This document shows positions 46,337 to 56,521 of a DNA stretch of 64,000 bases, one piece after another. Numbering within the stretch: the stretch's first letter is position 1; each line of letters begins with the position of its first letter. Below the pieces are notes generated by a model. It had not been told where the DNA came from and searched no databases. It saw only the letters and a list, made by a program, of their open reading frames with translations. The translations under genes were made by a program, and so were the position numbers. Origin of the DNA: an uncultured Verrucomicrobiae bacterium (GTDB lineage: Bacteria > Verrucomicrobiota > Verrucomicrobiia > Chthoniobacterales > JAATET01); assembly GCA_963719495.1 (NCBI GenBank), contig CAVRCI010000002.1:512001-576000 (forward strand), given 5' to 3'.

Positions 46337-48100
46337 ATGCCTGACGAATCCCCTTCGCAGGGTAACAGCTCGTCCAATCCATTCGGCGTGACGATGCGAA
46401 TCGTCCTTCCCACCGAAGCCGCCGATCATCCGAAATCCTCGGTCGGCACTCGCGTGACCGCGCCCGCCGCACCCGGGCGGACGCCGAGCGTCCGGGCAAC
46501 GGCGGTTCCGCAGTCTGGGGCGGACTTTCTGCAGCTTCTGCACAATCTTTACGACGCGGCCTTCATCACGGACATGGCGGGCGACATCCTGATGAGCAAT
46601 CCCCGCGCGGATCATGCGTTTCAGGTCGAGCCGGGACAGCTGGACGGGGTCAATCTTCTGACGCTGGTCTGCGGGGCGGATGACACGCTGCTCGGATCGA
46701 TCCGCGAGACGCTGCAGACCAATCGGTTCGTGCTCATGCAGGCGCACTGCATTCGCGGAGACGGCAGTTTTTTTCCGACCGAGATTTCCATGAATCCCCT
46801 GCGGCTCGATGGGCGGGACCGGATCAGTTTTTTCATCCGCGACGTGACGCTGCGCAACGAGCAGGAGGAAAAACTGCGCTCGGGGCACTCCGCGATGGAG
46901 AATGCGAGCAGCGGAATCGCCATCGCCGACCTCGATTGCCGGATCGAGTTTTGCAATCCGGCGTTTGCCAGCTTTTTCGGATTTCCGGATGCCGCGGCCG
47001 CGACCGGTTTGGATCTGCGCGAGTTGATTTGCGCGCCGGGCCGCCTCGACGAAATTCTGGCGGAGACCGCGACCGGAAAAACCTGGGAGGGCGAGTTCGA
47101 GCTCGAGCGCGCCGGCGACGAACTCTTTCACGCCCACGCGTCGATCGTCGCAAATCTCGACGCGGACGGGAATCCGGCGGGGATCGTGGTGTCGGTGCTC
47201 GATACAACGACTCAGGAACGAGCGCAGCAGCAGCGGGAGGAATTTGCGGCGCAGCTGCGACTTCGCAACGCCCAGATGCAGGAGGAACTCGACCTGGCCG
47301 GTGAGTTGCAGGTGGCGCTGATGCCGGCTCAGTTCCAGGGCGTTCCGGGCACGGCGGACGCGGAGCGGAGGGTGCTCGAGTTTCGCCACGTCTATTGCCC
47401 GAGCGGGCGCATCGGCGGAGATTTTTTCCACATTCGGGAGCTCTCCAACTTCGAGGCGTCGGTGTTCATCGTGGACGTGATGGGGCACGGCGTGCGGTCC
47501 GCGCTGGTCGTCGCAACGATCCGCGGACTGCTGGAGGAATTGCGGCCGCTTGCCCGCGACCCCGGTGCGCTCTTGACTCAGCTCAACAAAAATTTCACCG
47601 CCATCTTCCGCCGAATGGGTGTGGACATGACTTTTGCCACGGCGCTCTACGCCGTGATGGATGCCCGGTCGGGTCGCTTTCGATACGCCAACGCCAGCCA
47701 TCCTTCGCCCTACGTTCTGCGAAGTGCGGAGGCGACGGTTGAATCGCTGGCCGACGCTCAAGCAAGGTCGACCGCCCTTGGAATCCTCGAGGATGCCAGC
47801 TACACGAACCTGGAGATCGATCTGGAGCCAGGCGATCAGCTCGTCCTGTTCACCGACGGGCTCGCCGAAGCACAGTCGCCGTCGGGCGAATTTTTCATGG
47901 ATGGAAAAATGGACGCCTTGCTGCGGGAGAACGTCGGCCAGTCGTCGCAAATCGTGCTCGATGCGCTGCTGGGCGGCGCTCGGAGTTTTTCCGAATTGGA
48001 AACGATGGAGGACGACGTCTGCCTCGTCGCCATGCAGGTGATGCGGCGCGCCGGGGGCGGAGCTGGGAAAGAAGCCGATCGGCGCGAGAGCGGTTGCTGA
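46337..48100 (+). CDS. PAS-PAS-SpoIIE/PP2C (RsbU-like) phosphatase
   Basis: Two PAS domains, coiled coil, IGGDFF, DVMGHG, ANASHP, FTDG, DDVC. Confidence 0.92.
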   Translation: MPDESPSQGNSSSNPFGVTMRIVLPTEAADHPKSSVGTRVTAPAAPGRTPSVRATAVPQSGADFLQLLHNLYDAAFITDMAGDILMSNPRADHAFQVEPGQLDGVNLLTLVCGADDTLLGSIRETLQTNRFVLMQAHCIRGDGSFFPTEISMNPLRLDGRDRISFFIRDVTLRNEQEEKLRSGHSAMENASSGIAIADLDCRIEFCNPAFASFFGFPDAAAATGLDLRELICAPGRLDEILAETATGKTWEGEFELERAGDELFHAHASIVANLDADGNPAGIVVSVLDTTTQERAQQQREEFAAQLRLRNAQMQEELDLAGELQVALMPAQFQGVPGTADAERRVLEFRHVYCPSGRIGGDFFHIRELSNFEASVFIVDVMGHGVRSALVVATIRGLLEELRPLARDPGALLTQLNKNFTAIFRRMGVDMTFATALYAVMDARSGRFRYANASHPSPYVLRSAEATVESLADAQARSTALGILEDASYTNLEIDLEPGDQLVLFTDGLAEAQSPSGEFFMDGKMDALLRENVGQSSQIVLDALLGGARSFSELETMEDDVCLVAMQVMRRAGGGAGKEADRRESGC

Positions 48101-48132
48101 GAAATTGGCCTGGGGCGGTCTGATCCAACGAG

Positions 48133-48507
48133 ATGCGAGTTTTACGAAAAATCGTCACCGGCTTGCTAATTTTGCTCCTGGCTTACGGAGGGGTTCTTCT
48201 CGTCGAGCGGCTCATCACGCAGGAGCTGACTCGGGTTTCGGATCAGAGTTCGGGAGAATCCGTCGGCCTGATCTGGCGGCCGCGGTTGCTGAGGGGTGAC
48301 GGCGTCTGTTCGTTGAAGCTGGTGAATGCGACCGACGAATTTCGCGATTCCGCGGAGCTGGGGTCGCTCTCCTCCGGCCTCGACGCGTTGCAGACGTATG
48401 GGCAGATGACCTTCGAGGGAAGAGACGTCGTGGTGGCGGATCGCCGGACCGGCGAGGTGGCTCGACGGTTCGAGGTGCGGGACGGTCGATTGGTGGCGGC
48501 CGATTGA
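48133..48507 (+). CDS. Hypothetical membrane-anchored protein
   Basis: N-terminal TM helix; 124 aa. Confidence 0.65.
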   Translation: MRVLRKIVTGLLILLLAYGGVLLVERLITQELTRVSDQSSGESVGLIWRPRLLRGDGVCSLKLVNATDEFRDSAELGSLSSGLDALQTYGQMTFEGRDVVVADRRTGEVARRFEVRDGRLVAAD

Positions 48508-48524
48508 TCGGACCACCGTCGTCA

Positions 48525-48632
48525 CCGGAGGGCGAGGCTCCCGCCGAGCCGTCGCCCACACCCGAAGCGTGCGATCTCTCTGGCGACGACGATCCCATGC
48601 GAACACGGCTCGGCAGGAGCCTCGCCCTCCGG
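48525..48632. repeat. REP-like inverted repeat pair (28-bp arms)
   Basis: ccggagggcgaggctcccgccgagccgt ... acggctcggcaggagcctcgccctccgg between convergent genes. Confidence 0.85.
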
Positions 48633-48659
48633 GTTTGGATCGGCGGGACGCCGGCTTGG

Positions 48660-49355
48660 CTAGGCGGGGGATTCGTAGGTGCCGGGGCTGTTCGGGGTGG
48701 CTTGCCAATCGGGTTGGCGCTCGGGGGTGGCTTCGTTGAGGGCTTGGCGAACGCCGTCGGCGTCGAGGTCGGTGCCGTAGACGGGGGTGCCGGGTTGTTG
48801 ACGCCAGGAGTAGTCGAGGGGGCCGGCGTCGACGGGGTCGAATCCGATTTGGTCGACGAGGTCCATGACGACGGCTTTTGCGTCGGGATCGTCGCCGGCG
48901 ATCGGGAGGGCGATCCGGTCGGCGTGGTCGGGTGGTCGGCCGTGGGTGGCGAGGTGGTCGAACCGGATGTTGTTGAAGGCTTTGACGACGGGGTGGTCGA
49001 GCTGCTCTTCGACCCAGCGGCTTTCGGGAAGGCCGTCCTCGATGCCGCCGATCCGGCCATCGCGTTGGCGGGGGAGGTAATTGCAGGTGTCGATGACGAC
49101 GAGGTCGAACGGGGCCTGGTCGAAAAGGTCTTCGGCGAGATCGGGGACGTGGGAGAGCTGGATGGTGACGACGACGAGGTCGGCGTTGCGAACGACTTCT
49201 TCGACGGCGACTGGCCGAGCGCCGGTTTCCGAGGCGAGGTCGGTGAGGGTCTCGGGTCCGCGGGAGTTCGCGACGGCGACCTGGTGGCCGGCTTTGCAAA
49301 ACAAGCGGGTGAGGGCGCTGCCGCTTTTTCCGGCGCCGATGATTCCGATTTTCAT
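48660..49355 (-). CDS. NADP oxidoreductase (F420-dependent NADP reductase family)
   Basis: MKIGIIGAG, NSRGPETL, IDTCNY, VVKAFN, QQPGTPVY. Confidence 0.9.
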   Translation of the reverse strand: MKIGIIGAGKSGSALTRLFCKAGHQVAVANSRGPETLTDLASETGARPVAVEEVVRNADLVVVTIQLSHVPDLAEDLFDQAPFDLVVIDTCNYLPRQRDGRIGGIEDGLPESRWVEEQLDHPVVKAFNNIRFDHLATHGRPPDHADRIALPIAGDDPDAKAVVMDLVDQIGFDPVDAGPLDYSWRQQPGTPVYGTDLDADGVRQALNEATPERQPDWQATPNSPGTYESPA

Positions 49356-49374
49356 GATGGTGAGATGCTTTTTA

Positions 49375-49454
49375 GACAGGATTGACGGGATTTTCAGGAT
49401 TATGAGATTTCGAAGCTCCTGAAATTCAATCCTGTAAATCCTGTCAATCCTGTC
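49375..49454. repeat. Inverted pair of 9-nt tandem repeats
   Basis: gacaggattgacgggattttcaggatt ... aatcctgtaaatcctgtcaatcctgtc. Confidence 0.85.
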
Positions 49455-49490
49455 CAAATCAGGATTGGGGAAGGCGGGTCATTCTCCGCG

Positions 49491-51557
49491 TCAGTTCTGT
49501 TCGGCTTGGATGGCGGTGAGGGCGATGGTGTAGATGATGTCTTCGACGAGGGCCCCGCGGGAGAGGTCGTTGACCGGGCGCTTGAGGCCCTGGAGCATGG
49601 GGCCGACTGAGATGACGTTGGCGCTGCGTTGGACGGCTTTGTAGGTGGTGTTGCCGGTGTTGAGGTCGGGGAAGATGAAGACGGTGGCACGGCCGGCGAC
49701 TTTGCTGTCGGGGGCCTTTTTTTCGGCGACGTCGGCGGTGGCGGCGGCGTCGTATTGGAGTGGGCCGTCGATGAGGAGGTCGGGGCGTTTCTCCCGCGCG
49801 ATGCGGGTGGCTTCGCGGACTTTGTCGACGTCGACACCGGAGCCGGACGTGCCGGTGGAGTAACTGATCATGGCGACGCGGGGCGGGATGCCGAAGCGGG
49901 CGGCGGAGTCGGCGCTTTGGATGGCGATGTCGGCGAGGGCTTCGGCGTCGGGGTCGGTATTCACGGCGCAATCGCCGTAAACGACGACCTGGTCGGGGAG
50001 GCACGTGAAGAAGATGGACGACACCACGCGGGCTTCGGGTCGGGTCTTGATGACTTGGAGGGCGGGGCGGACGGTGTTTGCCGAGGAGTGGACGGCTCCG
50101 GAGACGAGGCCGTCGCCTTCGCCGAGGGCGAGCATGACGGTGCCGAGCATGACGGTGTCGGTGAGCTGGTCGCGGGCGGTCCCGGGGGCGAGGTTCTTGG
50201 TTTTTCGAAATTCGACGAGGGGAGCGACGTAGTTTTCGCGGACGGTTTCCGGGTCGATGAGCTCGAGACCTTCGGGGATTTCGAGGGCCTGACCGTGGGC
50301 GATGCGGCGGATTTCCTCGGGATCACCGAGGAGGACGCAGCGGGCGAGGCCGCGTTCCTGGCAGTGGATGGCGGCTCGGATGGTGCGGGGTTCGGTGCCC
50401 TCGGGGAGGAGGATGCGTTTGTTGGCGGCGCGGGCGCGTTCGGTGAGTTGGTGGAAGAAGGCGGCGGGCGAGAGGCGGGGTTCGATCTCGGTGGTGAGGA
50501 GGGCGTCGATCCAGGGCTCGGCGACGTGGTCGGCGACGAAGGTCATGGCTTGCTCGACGCGGGTGAGGTCGTCGGGGGCGATCTCGGGGCTCATGTGGTC
50601 GAGGGCGGAAGCGGTCTCGTAGCTGCTGGTGGGAACGGCGAGGAGCGGGAGGCCGGTGTCGAGCGCGGGGCGGCAGAGGTCGATGATGCGCTGGTCGGGC
50701 GCGCCGGATTCGCCGGTGAGGAGGAGCGCGGCGATGGGAACGTGGTTGAGCGCCGACATCGAGACGGCGACGATGACGTCGCTGCGGTCGACGGGCGTGA
50801 CGAGGGCGGCCCCGGGGCGGAAGGCACCGAGCATGTTGGGAACCGTGCGGGCAAGGACGGCGATGGAGCGCACGCGGCGGGTGTCCATTTCTCCCGCGGA
50901 GAGGATGGTGGCACCGAGGGCGTGGGCGACGTCGACGGTGCGGGGGTAGGTGAGTTCGAGGTTGGCGGGGACGGCGGCGATGAGGGGGAGGCCTCCGCGG
51001 CGGAGGTCGGCGCAGGCGCGGTGGAGGGACTCGACGGGGTGATCGGCGTCGACGCGGTTGAGGATGCAGCCGACGAGGCGGGTGTCGTCGAGGCCGCCGA
51101 AGAAGCGGGCGGCGGGCTCGAACTGCTGGCGGATGGTGCTGGCGTCGCCGGGGCGGCTGCCGACGAGGATGACTTCGGCTCCGAGGGCGCGGGCGATTTC
51201 GGCGTTGAGGTGGCCGGTTTGCGAACTCTCGACGGCGCGGACGAGGCCTTCGACGATCATGACGTCGACGTCGGCGGCGAGGCGCTGAAAGTTTGCGATG
51301 ATCCCGGAGAGGAGGTCGTCGGGGTGGCTGATGGCGGCCTCGGCCTCGGCGAGCGGAATGGGGTCGGCGGTCTCGATCTGCGTGGTTTCGCGAATGAAGT
51401 GGGTGGAGCGCTCGATCTCGCCGGGGCCGGACTGGCCGATGGGTTTGTAGAAACCGACCCGGATTCCGCGGCGGTCGAGGGCGCGGACGAGGCCGAGCGC
51501 GACGGTGGTGAGGCCGGCGGATGGGCTGGCGGGGGCGAGGAAGAGGGTCCTTTTCAC
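49491..51557 (-). CDS. pta: Phosphate acetyltransferase (long form with BioD-like and DRTGG domains)
   Basis: GFYKPI, LPEGTEPR, GDCAVN, DGPLQYDAA, GNTTYKAVQR, NDLSRG. Confidence 0.97.
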   Translation of the reverse strand: MKRTLFLAPASPSAGLTTVALGLVRALDRRGIRVGFYKPIGQSGPGEIERSTHFIRETTQIETADPIPLAEAEAAISHPDDLLSGIIANFQRLAADVDVMIVEGLVRAVESSQTGHLNAEIARALGAEVILVGSRPGDASTIRQQFEPAARFFGGLDDTRLVGCILNRVDADHPVESLHRACADLRRGGLPLIAAVPANLELTYPRTVDVAHALGATILSAGEMDTRRVRSIAVLARTVPNMLGAFRPGAALVTPVDRSDVIVAVSMSALNHVPIAALLLTGESGAPDQRIIDLCRPALDTGLPLLAVPTSSYETASALDHMSPEIAPDDLTRVEQAMTFVADHVAEPWIDALLTTEIEPRLSPAAFFHQLTERARAANKRILLPEGTEPRTIRAAIHCQERGLARCVLLGDPEEIRRIAHGQALEIPEGLELIDPETVRENYVAPLVEFRKTKNLAPGTARDQLTDTVMLGTVMLALGEGDGLVSGAVHSSANTVRPALQVIKTRPEARVVSSIFFTCLPDQVVVYGDCAVNTDPDAEALADIAIQSADSAARFGIPPRVAMISYSTGTSGSGVDVDKVREATRIAREKRPDLLIDGPLQYDAAATADVAEKKAPDSKVAGRATVFIFPDLNTGNTTYKAVQRSANVISVGPMLQGLKRPVNDLSRGALVEDIIYTIALTAIQAEQN

Positions 51558-51559
51558 GG

Positions 51560-51595
51560 AGAATTTGAAATTAGAAATGCGAAATTAGAAATGGC
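51560..51595. repeat. Degenerate heptamer tandem repeat (AAATTAG/AAATGCG)
   Basis: gaatttgaaattagaaatgcgaaattagaaatggcg between ackA and pta. Confidence 0.6.
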
Positions 51596-51597
51596 GA

Positions 51598-52776
51598 TTA
51601 GACGGCGAGGAGATCGGTGGTGGCTTGGGCGATCATTTGTTCTTCGTCGGTTGGGATGACCAGGAGGGGGAGGGGGGCATTTTTTGGGGAGATGTGGTGG
51701 TTGGTCTCGCGACCGTTTTCGGTGTTGCGGGTGGGGTCGAGTTGGGCTCCGAGGATGCGGAGGTGGGTGGTGGTTTTTTCGCGGACCAGCGTGGAGTTTT
51801 CGCCGATGCCTCCGGTGAAGACGATGGCGTCGAGGTGGTCGAGGGAGGCGGTGAGGGCGAGGAGCCCTTTGGCGATGCGGTAGCTGAAGAGGTCGATGGC
51901 GAGAGCGGCGCGGTGGTGGCCGGTGGCGGCGGCCTGAGTGAGGGTGCGGAGGTCGTTGCTGACGCCGGAGACGCCGAGGAGGCCACTCTTTTTGTTGAGG
52001 AGGTTGGTGATGGCGGGGAGGTCGAGGTCGGTGTTGGTCGCCAGGAATTGGTGGAGATTCGGGTCGACGTCGCCGCTGCGGGTGCCCATGGCGAGGCCCT
52101 CGAGTGGGGTGAGACCCATGCTGGTATCGACGCTGCGACCGTGGCGGATGGCACAGGTGCTGCAGCCGTTGCCGAGGTGGGCGGTGAGGAGTTGGAGGTC
52201 TTCGAGGGGGCGGGCGAGGATGGCGGCGGCGCGGTTGGCGACGTAGGCGTGGCTGGTGCCGTGGGCTCCGTAGCGGCGGATGGCGTGGTGTTCGTAAAGC
52301 TCGTAGGGGATCGCGTAGAGGTGGGCGTGGGGCGGGAGGGTGCTGTGAAACGCGGTGTCGAAAACGGCGACCTGCGGGATGCCGGGGAAGAGGGTGCGGG
52401 TGGCGCGGATTCCGGCGGCGTTGGCGGGGTTGTGGAGCGGGGCGAGGCGGGCGAGGTCTTCGATGGCGGCGAGGACGTCGTCGTCGATGAGGGCGGGGGC
52501 GGTGAAGCGCTCGCCGCCGTGGACGACGCGGTGACCGATGGCGACGGGGCGAAATTCTTCGCCGAGGGAATCGGTGATGGCGCGGAGGGCGTCGGCGAGG
52601 TCGGGGCCGGGGAGGGCGGTGGGTGTCTTCTCGCCGCCGCGGGTGATGGTGAGGCTGGCTTCGGGGGTGCCGAGGCGTTCGGCGAGGCCGGTGCCGAGGG
52701 TCTCGCCGTTGGACTTGACGGCGAATTTGAGCGAGGAGCTGCCGCTGTTGAGGACGAGGACGGGGTTCGTGGGCAT
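51598..52776 (-). CDS. ackA: Acetate kinase
   Basis: VLNSGSSSLK, GHRVVHGG, APLHN, FDTAFH, HLGNG, TRSGD, FTGGIGEN, PTDEE. Confidence 0.97.
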   Translation of the reverse strand: MPTNPVLVLNSGSSSLKFAVKSNGETLGTGLAERLGTPEASLTITRGGEKTPTALPGPDLADALRAITDSLGEEFRPVAIGHRVVHGGERFTAPALIDDDVLAAIEDLARLAPLHNPANAAGIRATRTLFPGIPQVAVFDTAFHSTLPPHAHLYAIPYELYEHHAIRRYGAHGTSHAYVANRAAAILARPLEDLQLLTAHLGNGCSTCAIRHGRSVDTSMGLTPLEGLAMGTRSGDVDPNLHQFLATNTDLDLPAITNLLNKKSGLLGVSGVSNDLRTLTQAAATGHHRAALAIDLFSYRIAKGLLALTASLDHLDAIVFTGGIGENSTLVREKTTTHLRILGAQLDPTRNTENGRETNHHISPKNAPLPLLVIPTDEEQMIAQATTDLLAV

Positions 52777-52817
52777 GGCGGCGGGTGGAAGTTTGCGGCT
52801 TCGCCGATGGGGATGAG

Positions 52818-52858
52818 GTGCCGGGCTGGAAGCCCGGCACGACAGGCTGGAAGCCTGT
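52818..52858. repeat. REP-like double hairpin (GGCTGGAAGCC family)
   Basis: gtgccgggctggaagcccggcac and acaggctggaagcctgt; related to 61322-61372. Confidence 0.7.
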
Positions 52859-52859
52859 T

Positions 52860-53792
52860 TTACCCTAACTTCGCCAGGGCTTCCTCGAGGGTGGCGGCGT
52901 TGGAGATCGAGATGACCTCGGTGCCCTTGCGGATGCGGTTGACCAGGCCCGCGATGACGGCACCGGGGCCGAGCTCGATGAGGAGGTCGGACTTTTCGTG
53001 GTCGAGGAGGTATTCGACGCTCTCGGTCCAACGGACGCTGCCGGTGACCTGGTCGGCGAGGCCGCGGCGGATTTTGTCGGGCTCGGCGACCGGGATCGCG
53101 TCGACGTTGCAGATGACCGGGACGCGCGGCGTATTGATGCCGGTGTCGATGAGCGCGGCGGTGAGGGATTGGTAGGCGGATTCCATGAGGCGGGAGTGGA
53201 ACGCTCCGGCGACGGTGAGTTCGACCGCTTTGCGGGCTCCGTATTCGCGGGCGAGGGAGCAGGCTAGAGCGATCTTCGAGGATTGACCGGAAATGACGAC
53301 CTGGCCGGGGCAGTTGAGATTGGCGATGTCGACGTCGGCGGCGGCGGCGAGGTCGCGGATGGAATTCTCCTCGGCTCCGATGATGGCGGCCATTCCGCCT
53401 TCGGTTTCTTCGCAGGCTTGCTGCATGGCGGTGGCGCGTTGGTGGACGAGGCCGAGGCCGGTGGCGAAATCGAACGTGCCGGCGGCGGCGTGGGCGGTGA
53501 ATTCCCCGAGGGAAAGTCCGGCGGCGGCGGAGAAAGCGAAGTCTGGGAGTCGTTCGCGGAGCGCGGCGAGGCACGCGAGGCCGTGCACGTAGAGCGCGGG
53601 TTGGCAGACGGAGGTCTTGGTCAATTCTTCGGTGGGGCCTTCGAAACTGATCTCGCTCAGCGGGAAGCCGAGCTGGGCGTCGGCTTGTTCGTAGAGGGCG
53701 GCGGCGGCTGGCGAGGCGGCGGCGAGATCCTTGCCCATTCCAACGGTCTGGGCGCCCTGGCCGGCGAAGAGAAGTGCGATTTTTTTGCTCAT
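52860..53792 (-). CDS. fabD: Malonyl CoA-ACP transacylase
   Basis: FAGQGAQ, GLSLGE, GAFHS, VRW, ELGPG. Confidence 0.97.
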   Translation of the reverse strand: MSKKIALLFAGQGAQTVGMGKDLAAASPAAAALYEQADAQLGFPLSEISFEGPTEELTKTSVCQPALYVHGLACLAALRERLPDFAFSAAAGLSLGEFTAHAAAGTFDFATGLGLVHQRATAMQQACEETEGGMAAIIGAEENSIRDLAAAADVDIANLNCPGQVVISGQSSKIALACSLAREYGARKAVELTVAGAFHSRLMESAYQSLTAALIDTGINTPRVPVICNVDAIPVAEPDKIRRGLADQVTGSVRWTESVEYLLDHEKSDLLIELGPGAVIAGLVNRIRKGTEVISISNAATLEEALAKLG

Positions 53793-54931
53793 AAGTGCTT
53801 GGAGAGGGCAACGAGTCTGGCGACGCGTTCGGCGGCGTGCGAGAGAAGAATTCCCGCGCTGGCCATAGATTCCGCGAGGGTTGCGGGACGTTCCGCGATG
53901 GGAATGCAGGCGTCGAAAGAGGCGCGGATCGCGTCGGAATCCTCAATGACTCCGGCGAAAGCGATGCAGGGTTTGCCGGCGGCTCGCGCGAGGCGGGCGA
54001 TCCCGGACGGTCCCTTGCCGTCGATGGTGGTGGCGTCGAGGCGGCCTTCGCCGGTGATCACGAGATCGGCCTCGGCGATCAATGGCTCGATGCCGAGAAG
54101 AGAAACGCAGGCGTCGAAGCCGGGGCGGATTTCGGCGTCCAGGAACGTGAGCAGTCCGTAGCCGAGGCCGCCGGCGGCTCCGGCTCCGGGGGTGGGGCGG
54201 TGGTCGCCGTGCAGATCGCGATCGATGATGGCGGCGAGGTGGGCGACGGAGGTTTCGAGTTCGTCGAGGTTGATCGCACCTTTTTGGTGGCCGTAGATAC
54301 GAGTTGCCCCGCGTGAACCGAGGAGCGGGTTCGTCACGTCGGAGAGGGCGATGATTTCCAACTTCGGACGGGTGGCTGGCGCGATCACCCGGGTGATCCG
54401 GAGGAAGTTTGCCGGGATCGCTTCGATCTCGGCACCGGACGCGTCGAGAAAACGATAGCCGAAAGCGGCGGCGAGCCCGGCTCCGGCGTCGTTCGTGGCG
54501 CTGCCGCCGAGGCCGATGAAAATGCGTTGTGCGCCGCGGGCGATCGCGGCGAGGACGAGTTCGCCGGTCCCTCGGGTCGAAGTGCGCGATGGGTCGCGCT
54601 CGGAATCCGCGAGTCGCCAGAGGCCGGAGGCGGCGCTCATGTCGATGACGGCTTCGCGGGTGTCGGGGAACCAGGTCCAGGTTGCCTTGACCGACCGACC
54701 CAATGGATCGGAGGCACGGGTCTCGACGGTCTCGCCACCACTCGTGCGGCGAAAGAGCTCGGCCGTGCCTTCGCCGCCGTCGGCGAGGGGAATCCGGATG
54801 GCTTGGAGCGACGGGAAGACCGCTCGGAATCCCGTCTCGATGGCGGACGCGGCTTCGTCCGAGGTCAGCGAGCCTTTGAATTTATCGGGCGCGATGAGGA
54901 GGCGCATTGCGCTGGACGATGCCACGGTCAT
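53789..54931 (-). CDS. Glycerate kinase (GlxK/GarK family)
   Basis: APDKFKGS, ADGGEGT, GGSATNDAG, GAAGGLG, TGEG. Confidence 0.95.
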   Translation of the reverse strand: MTVASSSAMRLLIAPDKFKGSLTSDEAASAIETGFRAVFPSLQAIRIPLADGGEGTAELFRRTSGGETVETRASDPLGRSVKATWTWFPDTREAVIDMSAASGLWRLADSERDPSRTSTRGTGELVLAAIARGAQRIFIGLGGSATNDAGAGLAAAFGYRFLDASGAEIEAIPANFLRITRVIAPATRPKLEIIALSDVTNPLLGSRGATRIYGHQKGAINLDELETSVAHLAAIIDRDLHGDHRPTPGAGAAGGLGYGLLTFLDAEIRPGFDACVSLLGIEPLIAEADLVITGEGRLDATTIDGKGPSGIARLARAAGKPCIAFAGVIEDSDAIRASFDACIPIAERPATLAESMASAGILLSHAAERVARLVALSKHL

Positions 54932-54990
54932 TGGACCGGCGCGAGCTTGCCGATCGACGAATCACGCGCTAAGAATCGAAGGCGCAGTTT

Positions 54991-55078
54991 GGAGGGGTGG
55001 TAGAGTGGTCGATTGCGCCAGTCTTGAAAACTGGAGAGCCGCAAGGTTCCGTGGGTTCGAATCCCACCCCCTCCGCCA
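54991..55078 (+). tRNA. tRNA-Ser(TGA)
   Basis: ggaggggtggtagagtggtcgattgcgccagtctTGAaaactggagagccgcaaggttccgtgggttcgaatcccaccccctccgcca; long variable arm. Confidence 0.97.
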
Positions 55079-55385
55079 TGACTTCCGATCGCCCGCTTTT
55101 CATTCAATCTTCGCCCAAGACTGTGAAGATGCGTTGATTCTTGCGCGGATCGTTGCGGAGATTCTTGGAACCAAGGGTATAAAATTCACGGTGATTCTTG
55201 CGCAGTCACCAAAAAATGCTCTCTCCGAGTAGTTTAGCGGGAGACTTCGAGTCGCGGATGTGTGGGAATCAACGGAAAAGTGTGGGGACGCGTTGATTGT
55301 TGCGCTCCGATTTCATTTACCCGGCGGTGCCATCTTCCAGTCGTCGGGGGCGGCCTGCAAAAATGCGTTGGTCCAAACTGTCGTT

Positions 55386-55514
55386 TTGCATTTAATCTGC
55401 GAAGGCACCGTCAAGACCCACATGAACCATCTGCTGCGCAAGCTCGGTGCGCTGGATCGCACCCACGCAGTGACGCTCTCGCTGAAGCGCGGGCTGCTCA
55501 GCCTCGACGATTGA
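55386..55514 (+). pseudogene. LuxR/NarL HTH C-terminal remnant
   Basis: LICEGTVKTHMNHLLRKLGALDRTHAVTLSLKRGLL with no receiver domain. Confidence 0.8.
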
Positions 55515-55738
55515 GAGGTGCCCGCCGGAAGCGGCGCGGATTACTCGTCGGATTCGAGCGAATGCGTCACGAAGCCATCCATCGAAAGTTAGACCCGCGC
55601 GTTGCACTTCTGCGGGTTCGCGCTCCCGGTGAAGAGAAGGCAGGTTCAACCTGCGATGGGAAAGGCAACTGGCCCCCACGAGACAGAGCGAGTGATGAGA
55701 CCAGCGCGCCCGTCGGAACATCCGACCGAAATCTGAAT

Positions 55739-56425
55739 ATGAAGAGTTCCGCGACGACCCGCCTTACTATCGAAGTCTATTCCGACCTCATCTGCCCGTG
55801 GTGCTACATCGGGAAGCAGCGGATGGAAGGAGGGTTGAAAACGCTGGGGCCGGAGGTGAGCTACAAAATTATTTGGAAAGCGTTCGAGCTGAACCCGGAG
55901 ATGTCAGCCGAGGGGATGGATCGAAAAGCGTATCGCTCGGCCAAATTTGGAAGTTGGGAGCGCTCCCAAGCGATGGATCGAGACGTGAGCAAGAGTGGCA
56001 CGGACGCGGGTCTGGATTTTCACTTCGAGACAATCGAGCGAACGCCCCACACGTTTTTCGGTCATCGTTTGATTTGGTTTGCGGGCCAACTCGGTCGGCA
56101 AGACGACCTCAATGACGCCCTGCTGCGGGCGTATTTCTCGGAAGGGCGTGACGTGGGCGATGCCCGGACGCTTGCGGCCATCGCCGGGGAGAATGGTCTC
56201 GACGAGAATCAAGTCGTCGCCTTCCTCGCCAGCGAAGAAGGCGCGAAGGAGGTGCGCGAGGAGGAGCGGTCGGCACGGGAGCGCGGACTGGCCGGCGTGC
56301 CCTTTTTAATCGTCAACGGCGTGCCAGCCTTTGCGGGTGCCCAGCTTCCCGAGCAATTCGCTAAAGTGTTCCGCAACGCCACCGCCGCCGCGACGGACTG
56401 TTCCGGAGGAAGCTGTGCGATCTGA
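55739..56425 (+). CDS. DsbA-family (FrnE-like) oxidoreductase
   Basis: YSDLICPWCYIG, FELNP, GVP, GAQ. Confidence 0.92.
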   Translation: MKSSATTRLTIEVYSDLICPWCYIGKQRMEGGLKTLGPEVSYKIIWKAFELNPEMSAEGMDRKAYRSAKFGSWERSQAMDRDVSKSGTDAGLDFHFETIERTPHTFFGHRLIWFAGQLGRQDDLNDALLRAYFSEGRDVGDARTLAAIAGENGLDENQVVAFLASEEGAKEVREEERSARERGLAGVPFLIVNGVPAFAGAQLPEQFAKVFRNATAAATDCSGGSCAI

Positions 56426-56521
56426 TCCCATGAATCCTCCCGCTAAGGATGGAGTGGACGCCTGCCGTCCCCTCGCGGATCCATCGCGAGGGGGATCCGC
56501 GGCTCGAGGAGACGGAAAATC

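Noticed and set aside
51598..53946. Apparent 782-aa extended acetate kinase
   Set aside because: The upstream part is an off-frame read through fabD; AckA motifs begin at ATG 52776.
55262..55738. Long N-terminal extension on DsbA
   Set aside because: Overlaps the LuxR remnant in another frame; the DsbA motif starts just after ATG 55739.
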